This document shows positions 23,201-38,500 of a stretch of 64,000 nt of DNA, one piece after another. A program made the position numbers and the translations under genes. This stretch comes from Utricularia gibba (lineage: Eukaryota; Plantae; Magnoliophyta), in contig NEEC01000020.1 in assembly GCA_002189035.1 (NCBI GenBank), positions 682,001 through 746,000 of the forward strand. The letters are read 5' to 3'. The notes below the pieces were generated by a model. That model worked only from the letters and a program-made list of their open reading frames with translations. It was not told the origin of the DNA and did no database searches. Each line of letters begins with the position of its first letter. The stretch's first letter is position 1.

Positions 23201-26200
23201 GATTGTTGTTGCTATCTATTATAATCTTTCCCAGAGCATTGTGGACATGAACATCTTGGCTCCCCTCACTCACAAGGTGCTCCAAGAATTGAGTGAGTAG
23301 ACGAAGCCGATTCCTAAACCATATATAAGCATAAATCCTCTAAACCAATCAGTCTTGAACAGAATACATGATAATACCTTTTTCACACTCATCAACCAGG
23401 GGCTCAACAGGAAGCAGAGAGCGCACTGAAAGGATCAAGCCCTTGATGAAGTCTTCAGGGCACTCATCATCCAGCAGCTGTCCAACAACTACAGGTGCAT
23501 TCTTAGGATTCACCTATCACAAATTTAGGACTTCAGCACAAGAATGGAGTACCACAAGAAGAAAAATTGTCATAAAGAAACCATACCTTCTGCACATAGC
23601 CTTCAATGTAGCGAAGCATGTTGTTTGAGTACAAGAAGTGCGTCAGATCAGGTACAAAATTAAAGCGATCACAAACATTGATCAGTGGCCGTGCATCAGG
23701 AAGTTTTGCTTCCATCAAAAAGTTCTTTGTTTTCTCAGGGTCATAGAAATTCGATTCTCTTGTAACACGCTCAACCTCCTTGATTTGCCCAGTTTTTGCA
23801 GCAGACTCAATGTACTTGAAGTGAATGTCAGGGTCCTCACTGTCAAAAAAGTAATACTGATCAAATTAATCAAACAAAAAAATTGATGAGCAATCACGGT
23901 TTGTAAAATAGGTCACCTCGAACTCAAATATGATCCCAGGAAGAAATACAATCCTTCGTATGACTTGAACTGCTCAAACAGCTTAATGCATGCTTCTACT
24001 CCCAACTGTTCACAATACTCTTTTGCGACCTGCTTAGAGTTTCCCACTTAGCAACTATGACCTAAAAGGGTGGCAGAACAACTTGGAGAAAACAAATCGA
24101 TTTCCTCAAAGCACTACACAGTAAATAAGAAAAACCAAGCCCCCCTTCACAAGGAGAACAGTATCTGACTCACATCACACACCCACCTGAACGATGATCT
24201 GAAGATTTCCTCTTAAATTAACTAGCAACAGATCCTTCATACACTCCAGGGCCCATTCTTTGGACAATGTTCCAAAGAACTCTACAAGTGCCTGAAAAAA
24301 AAAGTAAAAATTGCATGTTACTGATCTAGTCTGGAAAATATCCCAGCAACTTTATTAACCATGTCACCTGAGGTTCAATTGCATGGGTATTCACAATAAC
24401 ACGCTTGACATCAGAGAGCTCAGAGTAATGCTGCACCAAAAAATTAATGTTCATTTGCAAGGAAAATCACAATATCTGTGTAGGAAAATAGTCTAATGTG
24501 CTGCTGTCTAAACCTGAAGTGCTCGAACATAAAGCCCGGCTTTCTCACAAAGCTGTGCTATGCGTGGTCTGTCATAGTGACTAAACATCCCATTAGCCAA
24601 TATAGCATCCGCAACATTGGGAAATGTCACAAGATTGATCTCCAGGACCTGAAATAGGTTTCAGAAATGAATCAAGAATCAGAAAAAAAAAAAAAAAACG
24701 TTACAACAGGATGAGAAAAGAAAAATAGTGATTCACCTTTGTTTGCAGGAATGCATGCTCTGGCAAATTAGGTTTAAGAACATCCAAGAGAAATGCAGTT
24801 GCCTCACGGATCATGTTCCTCTGAAAATAAAGTTGTTGATGACTATAAAAACAAGCTTAACACTTCATTGTACCAAGGACCCTTAAAATGGGCAGAGAAA
24901 ATAAACCACTAATGTGTGCATAAAAAGCGTTCACACCTGAAGAAAAAGATCAGTGATGGTATTGTAGTCAACAGGGCAGCCACCCTCCATTTGGGACATC
25001 ATAAGGGCAAAATTAACAGCTCCCTGCACACATATACATAAATTACTGTAAGGATGGAACATGCAATGCATCAACTTACGAATAAACAAACAAAAGTGTT
25101 TTTATCTGCTGCATTGTAGCATACCGTAGGATCCGATCGTAGAATCGTTTGCAGAAGGAACAAGTAGTCAGGTGAATATCCAACCTGAGCTAATAAAATC
25201 CATGTTAACACAGATATCATCGGTGATACAAGTAGAGAAAAACGAAAGCCATCTGAAGGAATAATATGACCTAACCTGCTTTGAGTATATTAAGATCTTG
25301 TCAAACTCCCGACGCTCAGCAAAAGCTGCCACGACCTTCGGTGTTGCTCTTGCTTTTATGTATATTTTTAGGGCAAGGTCATTATCAACCGTCTACAAGG
25401 AAGTGATAAAATTGGTCCCTCAAATGAGCCGTGAGTGTTAAAAGGGAAGTTATAAAATGTGAGGAGTAAATTTGGAATACCTTGACAAGATCTCCGAGTT
25501 CTTCACTACATTCCAGTTTGTCTTCAGCCAACCAGTTCTCCAGTAAATTCTTCTTGTTCTGGTTGACAACAATACGAGATAACTCCAGGGACTCATAGGC
25601 ATTCAGTTTCCCCTTTGTTAAGAGTGTACCAAAATACTGCAACAATGGCGGTGTCTGCCCAGCTTGAACAGGTACACTCTGAAGACAAAAAAGTAAGTGA
25701 GCTCTAAATGGCTCTAAATGGTTTCCTGCAAACAAAGTTAATATAAAGTTAGCAACACCATAATGAGTGAACTTCACCTGGAACTTGGAAATAGTCTCCA
25801 TTGTCCTAAGAATTCCTTGAGGAGACTCAGCAGCGAGCTCTGCAGCTTCCTTGTATTTGGTCTGAGCAAACAATTCTTGAAAACGCTGAACGACCTATGG
25901 AATTTTAGGAAAACATAGTCCATTTACCAGATCTTGAGTGACAAAAATAAAAAATGAATTATCACACTGTACAACTTCGTATGACAACAGTGAATCTTAT
26001 TCTGCCAAAATATCTAAAGTGAAAAACTAACTAACCAGGTTCTCTGCTCCTGGGAGATTTCCTCTTCTTGCAAGATTAACAGCGAGTTCCAGGTTATTTA
26101 ACTGTTAAATTCAATTAAATTCATACTTCAAAAACATATGTAAAAGTAAATACGCTCGGGGAAAAAGAAAGCACACCTGGCCGCTGACAAAAGGCACAAT

Positions 26201-28210
26201 AGTTGATACATTTACATTAGCATGCAGAACCTGCCCTCTCCTATTAATAGCATAGAATCCTCCCAGATCCGAGGCTTCTGATGTAAGGAAAATGGGGTCT
26301 GGACTGATTCTATTTCTGTATACAGCTGTGGCAGTTTCCAGATCATACACAAAAAGAAGACCTAACTTTGTGATGACGTAAATGAGGCCATATTTATGAG
26401 ATATCTGCAAGAGAAGACAAGATATGGAAATCATGATTTAGTGTAAAACAAGTAAACCCTCTGAAAACCAAGGGTGTGAGGGTGAGGGATACCTGCATAG
26501 CCACTGGAAAATCATCAGCAAAATCAGGAGGAAAGAACAGGTCTGCTTGCTTTTTGGTGAATGCTGGTTTACCTACGAAAGTTTCATTGATTAGCCTCGA
26601 TGAAGCACATGTATACGTGTGTGTATATATGCATATTAGAGAGACAAAGAGAGTAAAACCTGGTTGGGCACCAAGCTCGATGACATGCAACTTCGACAGA
26701 GTTTGACCAGCATTAGATGTTTTGGTTGCAAAAGATATAAGAATAGAATCCTTATCATTTCCAGCTACCTGCTCAGAATGCAAGTACAGAAGAATATGAT
26801 TATGGTTGGAAAATCACACAATAACGACAAAATAAAAAAGATAACAAATACCCTGAAGGAAGCAAATGATGCAGCATGAGCTTCAAGTGCTTGACTACGT
26901 TGCTGATCCACAGAAAAAAGTTGCATGTTCCCCTTCACTAATTGAGGTCGCTGGAGAAGGAATCAACCGCATAGCCGTATTAATTGAAAGACAACTTAAT
27001 ATGACATCCACAGAAAACCAAATAGAATATTTCTCGTAAGACCAAAGCAATGGAATTTTTGGGGATATAGTAAAACATATAACGCACACCTCGGGTGAGC
27101 CAGGTGCAATTCCTATCAAAACCAACCATTTTTCTGAAGGATCACATTTATAATTGATGATTTGGTTGTTGGCTAAATTGGCAGTCCTTTCGAACATCTT
27201 CACAGGCTCAGACTCACCTATGAAAATTGTTCAACATTCATCAACACTAGATCGCAAAAACAAGTGGAGAACTAGTAAAAAAAACAAGGGGGGAATTTTA
27301 CCTTCAATAACCCAATGATAAACTGAAGTTTGTGTTACTAGCCCTAACATCTTAGAGGAAATCCACTTCCAAAAGACAACCTGCAAAAAGTTCGATTCGC
27401 ACATTTACATCATAAATCATGAGAGATGTTAGAAACAAAATACATTTTGGGAGCTTCACAGGAGAAAGAATGTACCTGCTCGGGCATCTGATGAGATTTC
27501 ACCTTTACCTTAGCTTCGATATTGAAGATTTGCAAGTGATCTTGAGTCGTTCCAGGAAGTTGTGCTGCTCCCATATACGAATACAAACAAAAGCTTATCT
27601 TCAATGTAAATGTTGAAGACACAGGAAACATATGTCGATGTCCTTTGGTACCAAAAGTTGAAATGTTATTAAAATATGCTCTTTATGTTCATGTTATTTA
27701 CCTTTTAATGCTAGAATTTTATTAGTTGGATTCATGAGAGCCGAATCTGCAGTAATTGGCCGCCTCAATGGCTGCATTGGCATGCTCATATCAATAATCA
27801 CCACACTATTTGCAGGAGCCGTCTCACGAACGCAAATGTACTTGTCAGATTCCATGGTGACATTTGTAAATGTGATGAATTGCGGGTTGATTCCTATACT
27901 AGTCAGCTGCAATCACCACAACAGCACACCCAAGGTCAGCAACCACTCACGCACGCCCAAAATCAAATAAAAAAACGAACGGCCGGATCTGATCACAAAC
28001 TAATCAATCACCACGACAAAAACCTCAAACCACCAGCTCTTCACAACTATAAACAACTGCCGCACATCTAATCGAGCGCCAATCGAGAATATTCACGACA
28101 ATTAAATCAACTTCCAGTCAAGAATCAGCACAAAACAAATCACGCGAAAACAAAATGCTGCGCACCGTAAGAGCTTCCTTCATAATGATCGGGGCGTTGG
28201 CGGCCGCCAT
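20236..28210 (-). CDS. CHC: Clathrin heavy chain (about 30 exons; all traced introns GT-AG)
   Basis: [63 protein letters not shown] repeats, and C-terminus NMYAQLL...GMPPMAPY*. Confidence 0.98.
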
Positions 28211-29530
28211 GGTCGGCAACTCAAAACTCCGGATCTGGAGCACTGTAGGAGAATCTAGACAACGAAGAGTACCAGTGGATGTTCAGGAAATTCAGACGAC
28301 CAGTACAAACCCTCGATTCCTCCAAGAAACAGAAACCGACCAGAGATCTGGAGAGAACGAGGAGAATTGATCTGACAAAAGCAACGCACAATGCAAATTA
28401 GGAAAAAAAATAGCGCTCCTATGCATACAGAAGGCTCTTGCGGCGAAAATCGAAACTTACGAGAGAGAGATCTGAGGCTCCGCAGAGAGAGAAAGGCGGC
28501 TTTGTGGAAATGGAATGGCGAGAGTCGCGAAAGAAAAGACGGAAGCGAAAGATTAATGCTCAGTGACTTGCTGTTTTATTTACTATGCCGCTTTCTTAAG
28601 CAAGCTAAGGTGTGGGCCCCGCCAATCAAGTTTTAATTTCTATTCCCAACCGGTATATATATGCACCTGAACTAGATGTAATTATCATAAATAGTTAGTA
28701 TTTAGTTGACGAGATTAATAGGGTTTAAAATAATAATTATAAATTATATCGTATTTTGTTTCGTAAATTTAAATAAACTCAGATTTGAAAGAATTTTTTT
28801 AATAACATATATAAGAATTTATTTAAAACCATATTCCTTTATTTTAACTTAATACCAATTGTTTTATATGTAAAATCTAATTATAGTCTCATTAATTAAG
28901 GGTATGTTTAGTTTGTATAATTTGTGATTCTATTTAATTTTTAAAAATTCTAATTTTTAATCCTTTTATAATAAAATTAAAAATTCAGATTTTATTATTA
29001 ATTTAAAAAAATTATCGAATTTCTTAAATTTATGTTTTAGTAATTAAACAAAAAATTAATTATAAAAATTATATATATTTAATTTATTAAATTTTATAAT
29101 TTCAAAATTGATTCTATTTTATATAATTTAAAGTGTACATTTCAAATTATAGAATATATACTAAATACTATATAAAAAATTAATCTATCTACATCATCTT
29201 TATTTTAATTCAAGTAAAATAAATTTTTTTGATCGTATTCCCCTCAACTAAATGCTCTCATAATTTCAATCTTTTTATTAAAATCAACGAGTTAAATGAA
29301 TATTTGTATTTTCTTGTCGATATTTTTCTACTACAAGACACATACTAAATATGACAAAAAATTTTAATAATATGGCCGTGGCCGGTTCGATCCCAAGAGA
29401 TGGGACGCTGGTGCCGGTTCAAGTCGAATGGCGAGCACTCGACGATTTAAACCTGGGGGTTTCTGCAATCAACTCCCGCGCCCAGTGGGGATAAATCCAA
29501 CTGCTGAAGCTCTCTTCATTTCTGTTAGGA

Positions 29531-32500
29531 ATGCCGTCCCCCGGAGTTAGAGATATCGCAGTCCTTTCAGAATTTAAGCCTTTTGGCTTGACGGTAGAAG
29601 CGCAGGACGGTGGCGAGCACTCGGAGAGGATTACCAGTACTTTCTATTCGATGCTCAGGAAGCCAGACAGGGGCAGGAGGATGAAGAGTTTGAAGGGCTT
29701 CGGCCGTCTCTGGTGATGGGGGTGCTCACGAAATTTTTGTCCGGGGGAACAAAATCATATGGAGCGCAGGTCGTAGAGTTCAAAAGAGGTTTACATTACC
29801 CTCTAAAGTTATCAAGGTAGGGTCTTTCGAAGTTTGAAAGTAAATGTGGCATAAGTTGGAGAACTGATTGGTTGCAGGTTTTCAAATTTATGATTCCCGC
29901 TATGCTGTTTTTTCTTTGTTTATTCAGTCGGAAAAGTGAGAAAACCATAGTTTAGTTAAAGCAAGCGTGCGTTTAATGATCTACCCTGAAAGTGGTAATT
30001 CCAACTCTAAGTGATCATGCAGTTACCAGTTGGACTTGAGTCAAGAACCGCAGGTTGATATTATGAATTAAAAGAGGAACCTTCTGTGTATATAAAGCCT
30101 AACTGTTTTTTTTTAGTAGAGCGTAAGAGGATATTGAATTGGTGAGTTTTTTTACCAGTGATCTTTTCCTTTATACTCACTCTGATTGCATCCCCTTCCG
30201 TGTTGTAATCCATATGTAAAATCTAAGAATAGTTTTCAGTTTGAAGTACTTTTATTATCTCAAATTGTGCATTTTTGCCACCGAAATTTGATGCTTAAAA
30301 TAAGTTCCTTCGAGTCGATGCATGCAGTGAAGTAGTGTAATTCAGTATTACTGGTTTTCCTGCATGAGCATAGATATTTCTGATGGAAATATGAACTTAT
30401 TTCTCTTTATTAATTATCATGGGGAAAAATGATCGCGTGTCTAGAAATGCAGGTGTGTTGGTGCAAAATGAGTAATAGGTCTGAAGCCTCACTTTGTGTT
30501 CAACTGGCAGACTCCATAGCAATATATGGAATAGAAGGTGCTTTTTTGGTTCCCTCCTTCCATTCCTAGTCCTCTTTTTTGATTGCCTTCATTGATAAGG
30601 AAAATATGTTAACTCTTGTACAGGTGAAATGGTGGCAATCCCACTTCCACATGCCATAAGAACTATATGGCCCCTTCCTTTTGGTTTATTGCTCCTGCGG
30701 GAATCTGAAGATAGTTTACTCACAAATATTTCGTTGTCATCTTCAAGCCTGCTAATTCCTCGGGATGCCTTTCGGCCCCGGTATAGTCCTCATTATAAGT
30801 ACACCCCACCCCGTTTATCTGAATCTAGTGCGAGAATTAATGGAGTAACATCATCCTCACATTCGATATTAAAAGATCCCTTGGAAGAGCCTCAGGTAAA
30901 TATTCAACTTCACATTGCACCAGCCAGTGGTCTCTGCTTGGTTGCTTCAAATGTCTTTGCTTATAAATTATGTTATAAAATTCCCTAGATAACTTATACT
31001 GAAGAAAGAGGCCATCTCAATGTTATGTGGGATTTTGATGAGATGACAATTTGGACCAGTGAAGTTATTTCTCTTATGGTGTCATACAACAGAGGTGAAA
31101 GATCATGATGCTCTGGTTCTTTTTCTTCACTTTATGCTTATTTTGGAGTTGATTCTGTAATAGAGATGCAATAATTCGTTTTTCTGTGCAGCCAAAATGC
31201 GACATTCTCTCTGGGTTATAGAAACCCTCAATTCCAACATTGAGGAGCCTACCCATGACTCATCTATATTTGTTCTTCCTGGGACACATATGAAGCATTT
31301 ATTTCGAAGAATCTGGCAAGGGAAAGGGTCAAAGACTCCTGCCACCAAGGTGCAGAAAATATGACGATTGCATCAAAGAATATGTAGTTGGATTGTTTAT
31401 TTTTCTATCCTCTTGTCTAAGAGATAATGAATCTGGAATCTGTCATGAGAAAACAGCAAGATGGTTTCAAGTGATATATTTTGAAAGGCCTGGAGTGTTT
31501 TCCAAAATGTACTCACTATTTATGAAATCTATGATTTCATCATGACTTTAGTCTATAGGATTGTTAACTGATTCGATCTTTGTGCTTACTGTTGTTTTTA
31601 TATTCCGTTTCAATTTTTAAGACAACAATGAAAATTTGTTTATCTTCAGTTGAATACATTAACTGTTTAATCCAAACATTTCTCTCTTCATCAGATTTTT
31701 CTTGCTGCTGATCTGGATGATGCACCACTCATATGTTTTCTTCTCCAAGAACAACGGAAGTTATTATGTTTACAGCTTCAGACCTTGGAAATCAATAATG
31801 ATATCGCCTATGATGTTAAGCCTGACATAAGTTGGAGTATATCAGCCATATCAGCTACGGCTGTTTCTGTTACAAGGTGAATCTGCTTGCTATCTTATAA
31901 TTTTGTGTTATATGTTGTAGGCTTTGAACGATAGTTTTTCAGATCGAAAACTGGACAACTTCCCCTAAGAGATATCATTGCCTTGAACCCTGAAAATGCT
32001 CTTCTTCTATATGTAAGTTTTATGTTTTATCCTTCCTGGCTCAGTAAGGCTCGCTTCTTCTTTGTTTCATCAGCATCTAAATCTTGTTTACTGAACACTT
32101 GTTCCACTATCAAGATATATGTATTTTTTATTCAGCTGTGTACTTGTGCTTTTAAAGTTGTACAAGTGCATTTTTTTTGCAGTCAGGAAGTCTCTGCTTG
32201 TGCAAATTCGTCTTTCCTCCTAATTTGGATGGTCTTTTGAACGACAAAGAGCTGCCAGAAACCAGCAAACTCAAAAGGGATACACGAATTGTAGACTTAG
32301 TTGATGCTGTTAAGGGAGTGTCAACATAGTGATGAGGGATGGGCAGGTGTGCGAGAGTGTATTCATCTTTTTCGTCTGAAAATTCACTTGATAATGAGTT
32401 CTTTTTTCTTTCTGAATTTTTTCTTAGACATTTATTGCTTGTTGGTAAGTGGCGTCAACTTACACTTTCCTTTTGATTTCTGCATAAAATTATGACCTGT

Positions 32501-35500
32501 TATGATCGCAAAAGATGGACTACAAAAAATATGTGCCTTTTTTTTTATGTTTTAGGTTTACAGATGCATATTTTGGCATGGTCCTCCATCATCCCTGGCA
32601 AATGAATGTGTCGCATCAATGTTTGAAGGGCTTCATTCCAAGTTTTATAAATACTTCATTAGCTCTATGTGGAGTGATACTATACCTAAGGATAACTTCA
32701 CAGCTGATTCTCAGTGGGAACTCTTTTGTGGTGTGATTAAAAAGGTGTTCCAGAAGCATTGCATTGCATCTGAATCATGTCCTGATTCGGATGTGCATCC
32801 TTCTTGGCAGTTCCTATTACAGAGCAAATATCATCATAATTACCTGAATGCAAACTGCATTGCTGATGCCTTTCCTTGTTTATCATCTTACACCCAAGGA
32901 TTATATGGATCTGATGCTTTTGTACCTGAGAATGTGTGTGGAGATGAAGATTTCTGCAGAGAATTTCTTTCTGAAACTTTAGATTCACTTCATGCTGTAT
33001 ATGAAACCTTAAAACTTGATAAACTTCGTAAAAGGTACCTTATCTGATTCTCATTGTTAATGGCTTTTGATCAAACTTTATCAGCAATCGCCATCATTTT
33101 TTCTATTTTTTTTTCTCTACTCTATGGATGAACTGATGGCATTAATTTCTGGTCCTTTTGTTCAACTTATACTTCCAAATCAACAAATAGTTTCAGTTCA
33201 TTGTAAAATGTATATTAGTTAGCATTTTTATGCACGGAGTATTTCATCAATATGCAATATTTATTCCATGATGTATTGCTGCTTTCCACAGGGACTTGGG
33301 TCTTCTAGGTGTTCTTCTGTATCACATTTCTAGTTTCCTAAAAGAAGTGAGCTTCATGGATTACTATAAACGTGATTTTCCGGGGCTTGTGAAGGAGTGT
33401 GAGATGCCTGCTTGCGTGGCTGCTCAACGAAATCCTCCGAGCTTAATGAGATGGCTTGAAAACTGCTTATTGCATGGATATAGTTCTGCTAGTGCATGTG
33501 ATATCCCTACGCTGATATGCAAAGATGGAGTTTCGACTGTAAAGTTGGGCAAAAAGATAGTTTTGTTTTATAGTCTATTGTGTGGTGCAGAGCAAATAGG
33601 AAGGAGGCTGTCATGTGGCATTAGCTGTAATATTGCCTGTGGCCTCCATCGTAATAGAGAAGAGCTAATGGTTTTGGCTATGGTTGGTGAGAATTTTGGA
33701 CTGCAACAGTTGGACCTGCTTCCGGCTGGTGTTTCTCTTCCACTAAGGCATGTAAGACCTCAATTCCTTGACTAATTAGTGGTATGCATTCATCCTCTAG
33801 AAAGATTATTTCTCGGTGCAGTTTGCTCGTATCCTAGGGTTGGTTTTTGTTTGTACCAAGTTTCTGGAGACCTTTCCTTTCCTTTTGTAGGATTTGAGGG
33901 CCTGGCCCATTATGATCTCCATTATGAATAAAGCATAGCGTACAGAAAGGGTGCATGCATGATTTTATATGTAGTTTTTGTCCAACTGGTTGCAGTCTAA
34001 AGATAATGTTCTTATAGATCTATATCCATTCAGATACATATCTATTTAGCGCCTTGATTATGTTGTGACATTTTTTGTCATTTTTTCTGTGCTCTTCTCA
34101 GGCTATTGACAAGTGCCGTGAGTCTCCTCCAACCAATTGGCCAGATGCGGCATATGTTCTCATTGGTCGTGAAGATTTGGCATTGCTGCATTTGGGAGAT
34201 GAAACAAGATCTCCTGATTTTGATTCTGCTTTGTCTAATATGATTTCAATGTCCATGCCTTACATGTTGCCCCTGAAGCCAGTGACCATGCCTTCTTCAC
34301 TGTCCGACCCTCTCGAGTTTGATAAAAACAAGCTTGATGACTTAGATACTGGCGATGGATCTGTAATTGATGGAATGGAGCATATTTTTAACTCTACCAC
34401 ACAGATGAGGTTTGGCCGTGATCTGCGTCTTAATGAGGTGATTTGTAGTCGGTGATTTTTATCCAAAACATGGTGTATCCTTTATTGTATTTGTGCTGGT
34501 TCCTTGTTTACAAATGCCCTTTCAACATAGGTCAGGCGCCTTTTGTGCTCTGCAAGACCAGTATCTGTACAAACTCCTGTTAACCCTTCAGCTTCAGATC
34601 AGGATATTCAACAGGTATTTTCTGTTTCAGATGATCAATGACCAATTTTGGCTCTAGCTCTTCTACCAGATTCTGTGCTTTCTACGTTTGAAGCTCAGAA
34701 TGTTTGACTTTTGTTGATGAATTGAGATTCTTGGCCTTTTTTATTTTTCAGGATTACTCCATTTCTATTGGCTATCCATTTTATATTCTGATGTCCTTTA
34801 CTTTACTTATTATATAGTTCTTTTTTCCTAGTTCTTGAAATCTCGAATGAAGGAAAAAAGGGCGTAGGTTTTCTCAATTGAACAACTTCTCCATGTGGCA
34901 TTGAAGTGTTTTGTTTTCGTTCAATTTGTACTTGATTTTGGTTGAACTAACCATCTATATTTATCTCCCTTCTGCATTATAGATTGTTTTCTATTATCTT
35001 TATGTTCTTGCATTAATAAACTCAGGAAAACATCTGAAAAGAAAGGGGGAACATAAAATACAGAATGCTGTTGCCTGGGTGTTATATGGTTTTTTTGTGG
35101 GTGTTAGATATTAGGTTTTCCTCGTATACTGAGTTTTTATCTCAGCTCTGAATTGTCGTTGGCAGAGTCAGCTCTGGCATCTTGCTCATAGAACAACTGC
35201 TCTACCCTTTGGACGTGGTGCATTTACAGTGGGTACTGTATGCACTTTTCTGACAGAGGTACGACCCATTTTTTGTTTGAGATAAAATATACCTTATATT
35301 ATTTCAATTTCCTGAATGAATTTCTCCAGGAATTTTCTGTTCCAAAACTAATCTTGGCTGGTCGATTGCCTGCTCAACAAAATGCAATTGTAATGTTCTT
35401 TTTCATGATTTTTAGTCATTTTCATATGGATGTGCTATTTTATGCGACTGGGTTCTTACAAGAGTATTCATGACAATGTAGATTAACTTAGACCCCAATG

Positions 35501-38500
35501 TAAGAAATGTTCAAGAGCTCAAGTGCTGGCCTGAATTTCATAATGCAGTTGCTGCTGGTTTGAGACTGTCTCCCGTCAAGGTTTTATTAGCATTATCTTT
35601 TGTGCAGTTTAAAGGTTCAGCTGCTGGCTTAATTACAAAAATTTTCAGTTTTAGCTATTCGTGGTTCAGTCTTAGAATTGATTTCACTGGGTTTAGCACC
35701 TTATTTTTCTAACTTCTGTATGATGAGGTTTTTTATGGTGATTCTATATGTTCACTCATTGCTTGTGTTTCTGTCCTATTATTTAGGGCAAGTTGTCAAG
35801 AACATGGATACTTTACAACAAACCTGACGAGCCAAATGTTACCCATGCTGGCCTGCTTCTTGCTTTGGGTTTGCATGGGCATCTTCGGGAGCTCACAGTC
35901 TCAGATATTTACATATACTATTCACCGGTGATCACTGAAACAGTAAACTTGAGTCAAGACATCTCTGAGTCCTAAACATTTTTTTTTCCTGTTAGGAACA
36001 CGAAAGTACCACCGTTGGATTGATGATTGGACTTGCAGCATCATATAGAGGAACCATGCAACCATCTATTTCTAAGGTGGAAAATTTTTCTTTTGGTCTG
36101 TTTCATGCATCTTTAGCTCTTTTTAATTCTCATTAAAGATTTCTCCCAGGTTTTATGAAATCTTTATTGGTGATTTGAATATATTTTCCTGATCTTTTTG
36201 AGCTTTGGTGCCATATTAGCAACTGAATTGTGTACATAGAATTTGTTTTTCTCATGTATTTCGCACAGGCAGATACCTTTTTTGGTCAGAAATAGCAGGT
36301 TCCAGACTTTTATTTTTGTCATACTTGGATTGGGCCTTGTTTCCTACTCACACTTTAATGATGATGAACACGTGGTTATGATGCTACTTTTTATGTTAAT
36401 TCGTGTGTTGATTAGGGTACTAATTTATTCCTAGAAGTCTAATTTTTTTACTTTTTTATTGTTATGCCCCCTGACTGTCATTTTAGCAAGCCTGGTAATT
36501 TATGATCTATTTTGTTCAGTCTCTGTATGTACATTTGCCTGCTCGTCATCCTTCTTCATTTCCCGAGTTAGAGTTGCCTACTCTTATACAGGTGTCGTAC
36601 TGGATTTAATATTTGTGCATAAACTCATTTGAATTTCATATTCTTGCTTCGAGAAAAGATGCTGATAATATTTTATGCAATTTCAGTCAGCTGCCCTTGT
36701 TTCTATTGGTCTTCTTTATGAGGGATCAGCTCATCCACAGACCATGCAGATTCTTCTGGTAAGTGGTTAATTTGATTGCAACGAGAGAAATTTTTGTATA
36801 TTTTTTAGTGATGAAATTATTTGTCAAATTGACATAACTTAATTCACTGGAATTCCGAAGCTTATACTTCTTTTGGATTCCTACATCTACTGAAATCTGC
36901 TGAATAAGAAATGCTATATCATGGCCATATAAACCTTGGTAATAGCTTGCTGCACCAAACATAGATGAACCAGACATATCAAGTTTTGATGATTGTGTCA
37001 TCAAATGTTTTTCCAGAGTGAAGTAGGTCGTAGAAGTGGTGGAGATAATGCACTGGAATGGGAGGGCTATGCAGTTTCTGCTGGCTTTGCTTTAGGGCTT
37101 GTTGCTCTGGGTATGAATTGTATCACTGCTCTCCTTGACTCTTTATTTTTGGCCGACTTTTAATCTGTCTGTTTATGAAGGTCGTGGGGAAGATGCAAAT
37201 GGATCTGTAGACACATTAGTGGAGCAATTGTTTCAGTACATTGAGGGTAAAGAGATTTACAATGTATGTTGAGACAAGCGCTTTGTGCTTTGATGATTCA
37301 CTCCACGCATGAATGATTTCATTATTATCGTGGATGATTGCTCCATATAACAGGATAGGCTTCGAAGTTTTCCATCATCTTCTGAAGAGTGCAACCGACA
37401 TACTGGGCAGGTTGGATGATGCTTTTCAAGCAATACAGCCTTTTAACAGCATCATTTGAATTAATATAATAGCTTTTATCCTTCAGATTATGGATGGGAA
37501 TCTTGTCAACATTGACGTTACTGCACCTGCAGCTGTAATTGCTCTCGCACTTATGTACTTAAAGGTATGCACGCAGAGTGACTTTCAGTTATTTTCCCTT
37601 ACAACAGCATCTTGTTATATTTCTGAATTTTCTGCAATATTTGATATATAAACAGACAGAGTCTGAAGTGATAGTTTCTCGTCTATCAATTCCTCAAACT
37701 CAGTATGAGTTGCAGTGTGTAAGACCTGATTTTATCTTGATCCGTGTCATTTCCCGGAATTTGATACTGTGGCACAGGTACTACCTTAAATTAACGTTCT
37801 GTGAAGTGCGTATGATATGAGTTTTTAATTCTTCTATAGTTGATGTTTTATTTCTTCTTTAATCCAGAGTTCATCCATCAGAAGAATGGATTGAGTCCCA
37901 AATTCCTGAAGTTATAAAACGTGGTGTAAATAGCCTTGCAAATGAGATGAATGATATACATGAAATGGATGCTGAAGCTTTTGTTCAAGCCTATGTAAAT
38001 ATAATTACGGGAGCTTGCATTTCTCTTGGTAATTTTTTAGTAGAAATATTTACTTATATGTGTTTGCCATTCTTTTAATAGTTATTAAATTGTAGTAAGA
38101 CATAAGTAAAAATGTATCATCTCATGAATATCTGTGTGCTTCCCCATGTTGTTTGATGGAGGCTAGGGTTTGCGATATTTAAGGGTTTTGATATGCAATC
38201 CATTTGACTGTCCTTTTGTTACTAAAAAAAATGCAATCATATAGATTCTTTAAGTGACAGAAAGATATACCTTTGTAGGTTTACGGTTTGCTGGGACACG
38301 AGATGGAAATGCTCAAGAGCTGCTATACAAATATGCTATCTATTTCCTGAATGTGGTTAGCACCAACAGTGTATTCGGATTCATTTTGTGGTTGAGCCAG
38401 ATTGACAAGTTTACTTTCGTGTCTGTAGATAAAACCTGTTTGTGTTTCTAATGGGAGAATCTTACCAAATGGACTTTCAAGCTATGTTGATCGTGGGACG

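Noticed and set aside
29380-29450. GGTTCGATCCC and GGTTCAAGTC tRNA T-loop-like motifs upstream of APC1
   Set aside because: No matching T-stem, D-arm or acceptor stem; upstream sequence is AT-rich spacer.
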